Assembly: GCF_001194135.2 (NCBI RefSeq)
Contig: NC_068990.1
Location: 7,765,843 to 7,827,299, forward strand
Direction: 5' to 3'
DNA from: Octopus bimaculoides
Lineage: Eukaryota
DNA: 61,457 nt
In this document: piece by piece, positions 13,115 to 26,013 of the stretch
Numbering within the stretch: position 1 is the stretch's first letter
How the letters are laid out: each line of letters opens with the position of its first letter
The notes under the pieces: model-generated
Database searches by the model: none
What the model was told of the DNA's origin: nothing
What the model saw: the letters and a program-made list of their open reading frames with translations, nothing else
Position numbers and translations under genes: made by a program

Positions 13115-13872
13115 AATAAAATGACTATGAATGGGTATACTTCGCGAATACTCAAATATGATCCTAATATCGACACCTCAGAGCAGAAATCGTCGGACAG
13201 ACCAGATCACACTTCCAAAGCTATGCATTTGCAATTCAGGCGCTGGAGATTGTTACAAAATACCAAATGAATGAAAGAGACAGTGAAGCAGGTGGAGCCC
13301 GAGGTTCGACCGAAAATATCGATATTTTAATACTTTGAAAGACATCACACATGTGATCAACAGCTGTCCCAAATCATCATCAAGATAATACCTCCCAGTG
13401 CCACATGACGTTGTTGCAAACATAATATACAATGCTATCTGAAATTAAAAAAAAAAAGTCTATCCTGGGATAAATCATAAACATCAACATAAGAAATATT
13501 GGCAGAACATTTCCATCAAAACATCAACCAAGTGCAAACATAACAAGTGATATTATAACTTGAGGCATACACGAAAACTATGTACCGTAATCGAGATCTG
13601 CTACCATGCTGAAGTGAATATCTTTTCGAAAAGCAAAGAGAAAGAGGACAACTACGAACAAATGCTTCTGAATTTCAGCTTGTATACACAGAATATAAAT
13701 TCTCATTTGTAATATAATTATTAGGGACTATAATTATTAGGTTTTCTTAGCGTATACTTAAGTGATGATAATCGAGAAGAGTTTGGTTTTTTTACAGAAA
13801 AGAAGTCACCAGCTTACAGTCTATAAGTGAAATAGTAAAAATATATAAGACTGTTCTCAAGTTCAAACATAA
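13115..13872 (+). pseudogene. Second RLE-type LINE 3' fragment, heavily decayed
   Basis: Fragments read HFQSYAFAIQALEIVTKY, DITHVINSCPK..HDVVANIIYNA (zinc-knuckle region), KYWQNISIKTSTKCKHN, KLCTVIEIC, KEKEDNY and SISEIVKIYKTVLKFK. Many stops and frameshifts. Confidence 0.75.
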
Positions 13873-14963
13873 CATCGTTTTCCGTTATATTCTAGCGATG
13901 GTACTTTGCATCTTAGAAGCCAGTTCCAGCTTCACAAGAAGACTTCAAATAATCAAAAATAAAAATGGACACACTGACGCACACAGACACAGACAGAGAG
14001 ACAGATGCACATGCGCATGCACACCCNNNNNNNNNNNNNNNNNNNNNNNNNNNNNCCTCATATATACATATATACGATTATATATCTATGTGTGTGTGTA
14101 TGTGTGTGCGGGTGTGTTAGGATGTGAGTGTGTATGATGGTGTTTGAGTATGTATACATGTACCTGTGTGGATCTATGTAACTGTAGGTATGTGTGTCAG
14201 TGTCTTTCTATACACGCCTGCGAACGCACACTCACACACTCTCACATTACAAGTAAATCCTTTATCCTACTCAGCTATGGACTGAATACAGTGGAACACT
14301 TGATGTTATACAATATCACTTGTATATGACAGTAATGAAATCTTTTGGCACAAAAGGCATTCCACAGAATGGGAAAGAAAAAACACTACTAGCTGCAGCA
14401 TTGCTTCATTGCGTTAATAATAGACTGGAAGTGGCCTGTTCCGGATATAAGAATCCAGTTTAGAAATGGATGACCTCCAAAGCTTACACTACATATCTTG
14501 CTGGAGAATTACTGTCATCATTGCTATAAATAAAACAGGTCATTTGATGTATCTCTCGCTAACGATACGACATTCAAACCAACACCTGCCATTTATACTA
14601 GTTATTTATATATAAACAGAAATATAATTTAAAAAATGCAAGTGAATAACAAAGCAGTTCACATTAATAATAAGACAATAAAAACCAAAGCATCGATGCA
14701 ATTTAGCGTCTTGACAAGGTTAGCGTATTATGTAGGCAGTCTCATAATACTAAATAACAATGTTGTACATGAGAGGCTAATGCAAGAGCCACTTAACCAA
14801 TGGCTTCTTTCCACTTTCACGTGATATGTGATAGGATTACTTAGATTTGAATTGATAAAGAAATATTAATATTTCTACGTTAGATTAATATAAAACGTAA
14901 AGCTTATAACAGATGGAAGAGGTTTTATTGTGTGGTGTGTGTGTATTGTATGAGCGTTTATTC

Positions 14964-14997
<34 letters not shown>

Positions 14998-14999
<2 letters not shown>

Positions 15000-15165
15000 T
15001 CATCATCATCATATAAAATCTATTTTCCATGTTCCATACTGGCATGGGCTCGTCGGCTTGACAGGAACTAGCAAGGCCAGATCCACAACAAATTCCATTG
15101 TTTGATTCGGCTTGGTTACTACAGCTGGATGCCCTTCCTAACGCCAACTCGCGTATAGAGTGGTA
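14998..15165 (-). mobile_element. SINE-like 3' fragment (family F) with (TGA)n tail
   Basis: Minus strand GTTGGCGTTAGGAAGGGCATCCAGCTGTAG (15127-15148 core) ... CCCATGCCAGTATGGAA..., ending in GATGATGATGAT. Confidence 0.6.
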
Positions 15166-15479
15166 GTGGGAAAACGGGATGACAAAGGAATAAATGATTG
15201 TAACATGAACTTCGTTAGCTTGTAGCTGTTTCTACTATAAGATGCAGCGGACGCATAGTTGAATGCCTCAATAATACCCTTTAGTGTCATCAGAGCCTCG
15301 AATAAGAAATGCAATTTATTTGCGAAAGAATTACATTTGCACCTGTGTAGGGAACAGCAACGAGAAAGTCAACACTGATGTATACAAAAAAGAGAAAAAA
15401 ATGTATGTTCAAAAGGTAATTAGATGTATTAGTAGAAATATATGTATATATACGTACACATATATATGTGTATGTGCGC

Positions 15480-15519
<40 letters not shown>

Positions 15520-16537
15520 TGGCGCGCATGTATATATAGATATATGTTAACGGTTATATTTAATTACTTTTTCTCTATAGTTTGTATTCGTTACTTTTCG
15601 CATCTGTTATTTCATTTTGATCTTATATAAAAATGAAGCTGTATCTTTTAATTTGCTGCTTTTCTATACACAAACCGNNNNNNNNNNNNNNNNNNNNNNN
15701 NNNNNNNNNNNNNNNNNNNNNNNNNNNNNNNNNNNNNNNNNNNNNNNNNNNNNNNNNNNNNNNNNNNNNNNNNNNNNNNNNNNNNNNNNNNNNNNNNNNN
15801 NNNNNNNNNNNNNNNNNNNNNNNNNNNNNNNNNNNNNNNNNNNNNNNNNNNNNNNNNNNNNNNNNNNNNNNNNNNNNNNNNNNNNNNNNNNNNNNNNNNN
15901 NNNNNNNNNNNNNNNNNNNNNNNNNNNNNNNNNNNNNNNNNNNNNNNNNNNNNNNNNNNNNNNNNNNNNNNNNNNNNNNNNNNNNNNNNNNNNNNNNNNN
16001 NNNNNNNNNNNNNNNNNNNNNNNNNNNNNNNNNNNNNNNNNNNNNNNNNNNNNNNNNNNNNNNNNNNNNNNNNNNNNNNNNNNNNNNNNNNNNNNNNNNN
16101 NNNNNNNNNNNNNNNNNNNNNNNNNNNNNNNNNNNNNNNNNNNNNNNNNNNNNNNNNNNNNNNNNNNNNNNNNNNNNNNNNNNNNNNNNNNNNNNNNNNN
16201 NNNNNNNNNNNNNNNNNNNNNNNNNNNNNNNNNNNNNNNNNNNNNNNNNNNNNNNNNNNNNNNNNNNNNNNNNNNNNNNNNNNNNNNNNNNNNNNNNNNN
16301 NNNNNNNNNNNNNNNNNNNNNNNNNNNNNNNNNNNNNNNNNNNNNNNNNNNNNNNNNNNNNNNNNNNNNNNNNNNNNNNNNNNNNNNNNNNNNNNNNNNN
16401 NNNNNNNNNNNNNNNNNNNNNNNNNNNNNNNNNNNNNNNNNNNNNNTATTAATAAATAGCTAGATAGATAGATAGGCATGAATGGTTCGATGGATGGATG
16501 CATGCATGGACTAAGCCATATAATCAAGCGATCATAT

Positions 16538-16670
16538 AGTTCACCGGACTAGACAGGTTACCTCAAGAAATCGTTCAAGGTGATCTCTTTCGGGCACTTG
16601 GGATCCTTCGTTGGTTTGGGACACCTGTGCTATCGATAGATTTGCACAGTGCGACGAGAACAGGTATGAT
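16538..16670 (+). pseudogene. Possible Tx1/L1-like RT remnant
   Basis: Reads (F)TGLDRLPQEI..GDLF, similar to the SPGLDGLPxE motif and to the remnant at 35820-35940. Very decayed. Confidence 0.3.
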
Positions 16671-17302
16671 CAACGGTTGAAGTACGTGTTGATATATTTG
16701 CTGCATTTTTGACTTTGGACCGCGGGCAATAAAAATGACCCTGCATTACTGTCATGTAAAATGCTATTAGAAAGAAGATAGTTTAAGCGGCAGCTGAAGT
16801 GTGCTCTTGGCATACTAATGACCCTAGACACACGGATATATACACACATACATGTATACGCACATACATGTGTATATATGTCTATGTATGTCAGATACCG
16901 GCCATGATGAAATACCACAAGGTATTGAAAATACGTATTCGCCTTTATATATTTAATCCTTTATATTGAACACTCAATATTTCGTATATTCAATAAGACA
17001 TTCAATACTTCATTTCATTGTACCATCCATTTTTATATTATATATTATATATTATATATTCCATATTCTATATCCCACATTAATTTTACAAGAATATAAA
17101 TAAAACATAAAAAACAGACAGAGCTGGAACTCTTTTAAATAAAATAATATATTCCTCTATACACGATCATACAAAGCCCTTTTTTTGTATCTATTTTTAC
17201 TCACCTATATATGTCTATATATATATGCGCGCGCGCGTATGTATGCATGAATGCATGAATATTACACGCGCGCGCTCACACACACATACGCACACACGTA
17301 TA

Positions 17303-17527
17303 CGAGGCGGTGCTGAAAAGTTTCTGGGTTTGTGGCTTTGGGTGAAAGAAAATGGAGAGGCATCGGTTAACTATGATTTTATTCAAAATATTCCCCTCTC
17401 ATATCTACACACTTATTGCAGCGACCCTTCAGTTTTTCTAAGTCCTGTAAAAGAACTCGGAATGTTGAGTATCCACGTAGACCTTTCCCGATACCCTTAA
17501 AGCTAGGAACTCTTCATCACCACCTCG
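17303..17527. mobile_element. Tc1/mariner MITE
   Basis: TA|CGAGGCGGTGCTGAAAAGTT ... AACTCTTCATCACCACCTCG|TA: imperfect ~20-bp TIRs with TA duplication at 17301-17302 and 17528-17529. Confidence 0.85.
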
Positions 17528-18262
17528 TATATACATACATACATAAATACAAATAATAAACTAAAATGGTTAAAGATGATAAGTATTCAAGTATTCTCTA
17601 TAACTTATATTAGTTACCTGTAAAAGTTCAGAAACTACTAAATGTTTGTTTCAGCGTATTAGTGTGTGTGTATGTGTGTGTGTGTGACATAAAACTAAAT
17701 TCGGCATTAATGTTATTTGTTTCTTTTCTCTTATATAGATGTCATTTAGTATTTAAAAAGAACATCAACGTCGAAATGATAAATAAACTTAAAGCAACTG
17801 TTTGTAAATTGATGAGTTTGATTAAAATAAGATCGATGTTCCCGTCCCGTAGCTTATCATATTGCATGCAATGACTACTTTAGCGTGCAACAGCAGCAGC
17901 AAAAGACAGCAACAACAAAATCTAGCACCGTTAGTAGTAGCAGCTGTTGCAATTTCAGTGAAGAACTTCAGCAACATACCATTAGCAGCAACCTAGTCTG
18001 CACTAATAACTATGTTTTGTTTCGATCATAAATGCCAGTTGTACTATTAGACTGTGCTAGTAGGATGCATGGCACTGTTAAGTAGGAACCTTATTTCAAC
18101 TTTATTGATAAAAATCACTTCTATTTGTTTACTGCACAGCGTCTATCATTATAATATTCATGAGTTGCTATAAAAAGTTTCATGTTATAAAAAGAATCCA
18201 TCACAAATTTCAAAGTGTTAGCTTTTTAAACTTATTTCATTCCATAGCACGAGATCTTAACA

Positions 18263-18457
18263 TATTGGTTTTAAATTTTAGAACAAAGCTAGCAACGTCG
18301 CGCCCAGTGTTCAACTGGTACTTAGTTTATTGACCTTAAAAAAGGGATAAAACGAAAAGTAGGACTGGGTGGAATTTAATTCAAAAGATGAAGCCGAACG
18401 AAAGGCCGTTAAAGATTTTGCCCGGGGTGTTAAATATTCCGCCTGGTCGCCGCCTTA
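18263..18457 (-). mobile_element. SINE family B
   Basis: Ends in GGTCGCCGCCTTA (head TAAGGCGGCGA.C), has the ACTGGTACTT..TTTATTGACC core and a TTTAAATTTT..AACAAAGC tail region. Confidence 0.75.
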
Positions 18458-18906
18458 CGAGACAGTCAAAAATTAAACATATTATTACATAAATGTGATG
18501 ATTATTGCCGATGGCTGGCTATAGAGACGCACGGGATACTGAATATTCATTCCATATATCTGTGAAGCTTCACAAAGGAGGCGTGTTTCCAGGCTACATT
18601 ATATATTATTTAGCTGACAGGAAACTTTGAAACAAAGCAATCAAAGAAAAAGAAAAATCGAAGAAAGAAGCTCATATATGTTTCGTGGGGTAGGAATNNN
18701 NNNNNNNTTCTGGACTGGGAAAAAATGTGTCACTATACTTAAAAAAAAAAAAAAAAAAATTGGCTCACTACTTCAAAGTTGACATAGAGACAAAAAACTT
18801 TAATCGGTGACATTATAATCTCTATTTCACAAGTTTATGACGGTGATGAAGATACAGTAATAAAGATGACGACGGTGGTAGTGGTGAAAGTGGTGGTGGT
18901 GATGAA

Positions 18907-18954
<48 letters not shown>

Positions 18955-19064
18955 TATTATGATAAGTAAGGTTGTAATTATAAAGAAATATATTTAGGTT
19001 TTATAACAAAAGTTTACGCAGTTTCGAGAAAGGATATGCACAAACCAATCTATACATCTTAGAC

Positions 19065-19178
19065 CAGTGGTTCCCAACCTTTTCACTACCAAGGAGCCAT
19101 TTTATTTAAATAAGTTTTCCCAGAGACACATTTTAATATGTTTATCCTTATATATATATATATATAATATGTTTATCA

Positions 19179-19216
<38 letters not shown>

Positions 19217-19278
19217 TTTGAATTTAGTTCACGGAAACCACAGTACAAATTATGCGGACCACTGGTTGGGAACCACTG
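19065..19278. mobile_element. hAT (Charlie-like) MITE
   Basis: Perfect 15-bp TIR CAGTGGTTCCCAACC / GGTTGGGAACCACTG. 8-bp TSD TCTTAGAC (19057-19064) vs TCATAGAC (19279-19286), a 7/8 match. Internal (TA)n. Confidence 0.9.
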
Positions 19279-22201
19279 TCATAGACTGTATATGTCCCAT
19301 TAAACATTAGCATATGTATATAGATATGTAATTATGTATGNNNNNNNNNNNNNNNNNNNNNNNNNNNNNNNNNNNNNNNNNNNNNNNNNNNNNNNNNNNN
19401 NNNNNNNNNNNNNNNNNNNNNNNNNNNNNNNNNNNNNNNNNNNNNNNNNNNNNNNNNNNNNNNNNNNNNNNNNNNNNNNNNNNNNNNNNNNNNNNNNNNN
19501 NNNNNNNNNNNNNNNNNNNNNNNNNNNNNTATATATATATACATGTACATATATAATTCTAATGTATAGTTAAAATTAACTATGTATATTACTTTCAGAA
19601 AAAGAAAGTTTGAGATTATCATAGGAGCGTTGCGAGAAATAGTTTCCTGTAGTTGTGATCTCTTTCGGATTAAGTTCGAAGGCCAGCGCGCACTATTATG
19701 CGTTAAACATTTTCAGGAATGATAATTATAGTATGTCTTATGTATTGTAGTTGACTCTTCTCACAGTCTCTGTCTTTTCCCTCTCTCCTTCTCTCCATTT
19801 CTCTCTCTTTCTTCTTCTGTGTCTCTATTTTTCTCACAAACATGCATACCTGTGCTCTTACGTATCTATCCACTGTACAAGAACCTTAAATATTATTTTT
19901 TTAAATGCTTTAGAAAGAACCAAAGTTATGTACGCAGAAAGATATGCATCTACACACACACACACACACACATTCATGTAATATGCGTACATATATACAT
20001 ATGCAATCATACATATAAACATGTGTATCTATCTATCTATCTATCTATCTATCTACCTATCTATCTATATANNNNNNNNNNNNNNNNNNNNNNNNNNNNN
20101 NNNNNNNNNNNNNNNNNNNNNNNNNNNNNNNNNNNNNNNNNNNNNNNNNNNNNNNNNNNNNNNNNNNNNNNNNNNNNNNNNNNNNNNNNNNNNNNNNNNN
20201 NNNNNNNNNNNNNNNNNNNNNNNNNNNNNNNNNNNNNNNNNNNNNNNNNNNNNNNNNNNNNNNNNNNNNNNNNNNNNNNNNNNNNNNNNNNNNNNNNNNN
20301 NNNNNNNNNNNNNNNNNNNNNNNNNNNNNNNNNNNNNNNNNNNNNNNNNNNNNNNNNNNNNNNNNNNNNNNNNNNNNNNNNNNNNNNNNNNNNNNNNNNN
20401 NNNNNNNNNNNNNNNNNNNNNNNNNNNNNNNNNNNNNNNNNNNNNNNNNNNNNNNNNNNNNNNNNNNNNNNNNNNNNNNNNNNNNNNNNNNNNNNNNNNN
20501 NNNNNNNNNNNNNNNNNNNNNNNNNNNNNNNNNNNNNNNNNNNNNNNNNNNNNNNNNNNNNNNNTGTGTGTGTGTGTGTTTGTGCATATATATATATATA
20601 TATATAAATATATATATACTTGCTCATACATATTTCGTATTACTATATGGCTCGGCAACCTAGAATGATCACCTGAGTTATTTTAATCACATCCTTCCCA
20701 CCTGAAGAATAATCACCCAACACCACAATAAATGGTAATTCATAAAATAAGATGGCACACAAACTCCTTTCTATTAAGTATCTTTATTAAGAAATCCGAG
20801 AATAAATATAAATAACATTACATCGTCTCACAAAATTAGGACTACAACATCTAATTAGTGAATTAATTAATGCGAAAAATATTGTCGATTTATTGTGTTA
20901 TATAAGCAATGGTGTTTTTGATATTTTGTTTACTTTGCCTTGATTTAATAAACTTATTGTGAAAGGACTTCGTTATTGTGACAGTCTCGTGTTTGATCAG
21001 GTGTTACATTCCTATAATTCTATTTCCCTATACTTGCCGCATTTCAGAAGGTAAGGTGGAATTTGGGGGAGATTAGACTGCTATTTCTGGAGGGTGCGTA
21101 ATTATGTAGATATATGCTCGATTCACACCTGTGGAGCTGGTGGTAGTGGTCATAATGGTGATGATGATGATGATGATGATGATGTTTATTATGATGATAA
21201 TGTAGAGGATAGTGTTGGAGGTGGTGACGTCTATGGAAATGCCGGGTAGTGAAGGTTTTTGAGGTAATCATGGTGGTGGTGGTGGTGTTATGTTCTTATT
21301 CGGAATTAATGTTTGCCCAGCCTGTAAAATCATTACCACAGGCTGGTGTTGCGAAAATGTCCTGTGAAAATGTGAGCTGTAAAAGGTCCCATATAGGTTT
21401 TCAAATATGTAAACACGCGCGTGCGCACAAGCACACACAAAATCACGCACATACACGCAAACACACACATATATGTATTTATAAATATCTATATCTATAT
21501 GTATATATACATTTATATGTATAAAATATATATATATGTATATATATTGCCCAACTCTTCGAAACGCCGGTGTTAAAACGAGGGTAGCTGATGAAGGAAA
21601 ATGTTCTCTATGTGGCTTGTGTGTTTTCTGTACTCTGGTTATTATTATTTCTTGTCTACGTTTTGTTTGCAATGTCCTGTACCGAGATATGCACCTATAT
21701 ATACAGGTAGACGTAGGTATGCACACACCTGTACGTATATATGCATATACTCATTTATTATNNNNNNNNNNNNNNNNNNNNNNNNNNNNNNNNNNNNNNN
21801 NNNNNNNNNNNNNNNNNNNNNNNNNNNNNNNNNNNNNNNNNNNNNNNNNNNNNNNNNNNNNNNNNNNNNNNNNNNNNNNNNNNNNNNNNNNNNNNNNNNN
21901 NNNNNNNNNNNNNNNNNNNNNNNNNNNNNNNNNNNNNNNNNNNNNNNNNNNNNNNNNNNNNNNNNNNNNNNNNNNNNNNNNNNNNNNNNNNNNNNNNNNN
22001 NNNNNNNNNNNNNNNNNNNNNNNNNNNNNNNNNNNNNNNNNNNNNNNNNNNNNNNNNNNNNNNNNNNNNNNNNNNNNNNNNNNNNNNNNNNNNNNNNNNN
22101 NNNNNNNNNNNNNNNNNNNNNNNNNNNNNNNNNNNNNNNNNNNNNNNNNNNNNNNNNNNNNNNNNNNNNNNNNNNNNNNNNNNNNNNNNNNNNNNNNNNN
22201 N

Positions 22202-22233
<32 letters not shown>

Positions 22234-22886
22234 ATATGACAACAAAAGAATGAGTGAGACCTCGATATTGAGGAATTCATCTATGCTCAAAGACAAGTAA
22301 TTTTCTGTTTAATATTACGAACTACAACCCCCGCCCCCACAAAACAAACACAACAAAAAAGGCAATATACGTAATTAATTATTTCTAACAACGAAATGAT
22401 AAAAAAGAAAGCAAGATTTATCTAAATTATTCACCTCTAATAGTAAAGCAAATACAAAAGAATCGAATCAATGCCAGTCAGTACACAATCAATAAGAAAA
22501 GACAAACTTACAATAATATCCTTGCATTTTATGAACATCTTAGAAAACAATTCCATGTCTGAGACTTTGTTGTTTCTTGTTTCTTAATCTTTTTTCTTTT
22601 GTTACTTTTCTGTTTTTATTTTTATTCTAGGTGCTTTCTATCTTGGAGTTTTCATGCACTTTTTTGCGTCTTTCTTACTAGTTTCGAAATTCTTTCTAAA
22701 TTCTCTCCCCTCTTACTCCCTCAGAACTACTCTCCCTCCTTTCCTTGTCTAATTCCCTCTCATACACGCACTCGCCGGCTCGTACGAAGACATGCGTACA
22801 CATAAACATGCACATACTCACACTTTCTCTCAGCTTCTCCGTGTATTTTGGCTAATTTCGTTTGGATTTATCTTGATACTGTTACG

Positions 22887-22920
<34 letters not shown>

Positions 22921-22975
22921 ATATATATGTATATATATATACATATATATATATGTGTGTGCGTATATGTATATA

Positions 22976-23015
<40 letters not shown>

Positions 23016-23049
23016 CATATATAATATATACATACATATGTACATATAC

Positions 23050-23097
<48 letters not shown>

Positions 23098-23228
23098 GTC
23101 TATATATATATATTATTTATTTACATTTTCTTCAAGTTTTTGAGAGTTGAGGGAATGTAATGAATAAAAATATTGTTTGATTTTGACACATACTATTTAC
23201 AACAAAATATCAAACTAGTTATTTCGTA

Positions 23229-23238
23229 AATAATAATA

Positions 23239-23285
<47 letters not shown>

Positions 23286-23368
23286 AACAATACTAATAAT
23301 AACAACAACATCAACAATAAGAAAAAGAACAACAATAACAACAAAACAGCAACGTTAATATCATTATT

Positions 23369-23417
<49 letters not shown>

Positions 23418-23459
23418 TAATAACAATAATAATAATAATTATTATTATTATTATCATCA

Positions 23460-23508
<49 letters not shown>

Positions 23509-23621
23509 CATTAGTAGTAGTAGTAGTAGTAATAGTAACAGCAGCAGCAGCTAGCTGCTTAAATAAATGTGTCCATAATTGTTAATAAAGCGTTGTTAGA
23601 AAGTTAGTATTAATCTAATAG

Positions 23622-23663
<42 letters not shown>

Positions 23664-23745
23664 ATAATAATAATAATAATAATAATAATGATAACAAGAA
23701 GAAGAAGAAGAATATTTGTAATGATAATAATAATAATGATAATAA
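23229..23745. repeat. Compound trinucleotide microsatellite field (AAT, GAT, AAC, ATT, AGT, CTA, GAA)
   Basis: Directly visible alternating trinucleotide runs, with a switch from (AAT)n to (ATT)n near 23438. Confidence 0.95.
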
Positions 23746-23824
23746 TTCTTTGTAATTTTGGTAGGGTGCCTGTAAATTTTAAGTGTGAGGTGTGGTGGGA
23801 GAACAATTTATTACATGTGTCTCA

Positions 23825-24402
23825 GTGCTACAATGGTATTCATTTCATCGATCTGAAAGGGTGAAAAGAAAGTCGGTCTTGGAGGAGTTTGAACTCAAAT
23901 GTGACGAGTTGGAAGAAATACCACTAAGAGGTTTGTCCGACACAGTAACAATTAAACTCGCTCGCTGCCTTGCTAGTAAGTATAACAATAATTCGTTCTA
24001 AGTTTAGGACAAGGTCAGCAGTTTTGAGGGGAGCGGGCGAAACGATTACGTCGATACCTGTGCACAAGTTGTATTTTATTTCATCGATCCAAAGAAGATA
24101 AACGGCAGATTTGAACTCTGCGGTACCTGCAGAGACAGTGGAAGGAACTTTAACAAGAACAAGTGTAAAGAACCACAACAACAACAACAACAATAATTAT
24201 GATAATAATAATAATCCTTTCTAGCACAGGCACAAGGCATGACATTTTGGGGGAGGGAATAAGTCGGTTTCATCGACTCCAGTGCGTAACTGGTACTGAT
24301 TTCATCGACCTCGAAAGGATGAAAGGCAAAGTCGACCTCGGCGGAATTTGGACTCAGAACATTTTGTCCAGCGTGCTAACGATTATGCCAGCTCGCCGTC
24401 TT

Positions 24403-24454
<52 letters not shown>

Positions 24455-24672
24455 GTAAACCTTTCTAGAAAAGGGACAAAGCCTGCAATTTGTGAGGAGG
24501 AGAATAGTCGATTACATTTACCCAGTGTTTCACTGGTACTTAATTTATCAACCCCGAAGGATGAAACGCAAAGTCGACCACTGTGGAATTTGAACTCAGT
24601 ACGTATATACGAACGGAATGCCACTAAACATTTTGCCAAGCGTGCTAACGATTCTGCCACCTCACCGCCTTA
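23825..24672 (-). mobile_element. Cluster of four co-oriented SINE family B copies or fragments
   Basis: Copies at ~23825-23975, ~24000-24130, ~24215-24405 and ~24455-24672. They share TTTCATCGAC/ATC..GAAAGGATGAAA..CAAAGTCGACC..GGAATTTGAACTCAG and are separated by (AAC)/(AAT) runs. Confidence 0.8.
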
Positions 24673-25827
24673 GTAACAGCTACAAGAACACGGAAAGGGG
24701 AAAAGAAAGAGCTACAAGACTAAAAATCATCCAGACAAATTTCTGATGCTAATCAATTTTAAGAGAAAAAACAAAATGTTAAAAGAAGACTAAGTCCACG
24801 GATAAATATCCGTCTCGATCAAGTTTTTTCAATTGTTTCAGTTTAGTTAATTAGACTTCGATTAGTATTTTATTTCAATGATTTTTTTACCTCCTCGAAC
24901 ACTGGCTAAAATACACGAAGCTAATTTTCTATTATATATTTTCTTGTGTAGTAGCATAAGTATTTATTTCAAATTGGATCTTATAGATATTCTTTTATAA
25001 TATTACAACTAACATTCTATTTAACCTACTTTCATTTTCGTAATTTTTCTTCTCTTTTAATTTTTTTTTTTGCGTCAGTATAATATTTCAAATACGAATA
25101 GTAAATAAATAAAACTGAAAGAACTTAGGCACTTGAGAAGTAGTTTTCCAAGGTAATTGTTATATTTATAAGCATGTCTCATGTATTAACAACGCACCTA
25201 ACTTATTTACAGCATCCTCTCATGCATTCACTTACACTTCATCTTTTTCTTCTACTGCCTCCTTCTCCTCTCCTCCCTCCTCTTCCTCTACTTTTCATCT
25301 CCTCTTTATTTATCTTCCTCTCATCTTTTCTCATCAGCACAATACGTGTCTTGCTTTTTTCTTCATCATTTATTTGGATCTCTCTTACTGGTTCTCTCAC
25401 TATCACCATGCACATTGTAAATTTCTATGTATCGTCTAAGTAAATTCAAGTTCTTTCTTTAATTAACTTACATTTAAACACAATGACACTCTAAAGTGTA
25501 TACATATATCAACAGAAACACATCCATTCTCTCACACACATATATTTGTGGATGTCCGTGTGTCAGTGTGTCGTGTGTGTTTCTATGTCTATATATGCTT
25601 GTAAGACTACCATTGTATAACAACAGAGAAATACTTTCGAAAAAGGTAATATATACAGTGCTGCGCTTAAAAGTGCATAATTATCATGTAGAGAAATATA
25701 AGAAACTCACAGATATATACATACAAACAGTTATACATATATATATATATGTGTGTATATATAAAATTAAGCATATACATATATATATGAGTATGTGTAT
25801 ATATGTATATATATATATATATATAAA

Positions 25828-26013
25828 AGAATCAATGGCCGTTCTCGAGCCATTGGTTCATAAATCCAACCGTCCGTCGAAGGATTATTTATTTTTGCTA
25901 AGTGAAATGAAGTATTTTGCTGAAAAGCAGAACGCATTGCCGGTCCAAGAATCGAAATCACAATCTTTCCGTAATAAGGGCAAAACCCTAAGCACTAAGC
26001 CACGCACCTCCAC
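25828..26013 (-). mobile_element. tRNA-derived SINE family E
   Basis: Minus head GTGGAGGTGCGTGGCTTAGTGCTTAGGG...GATTTCGATTCTTGGACCGG..TGCGTT..CAGCAAAATACTTCATTTC, homologous to 54573-54790. Confidence 0.7.
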
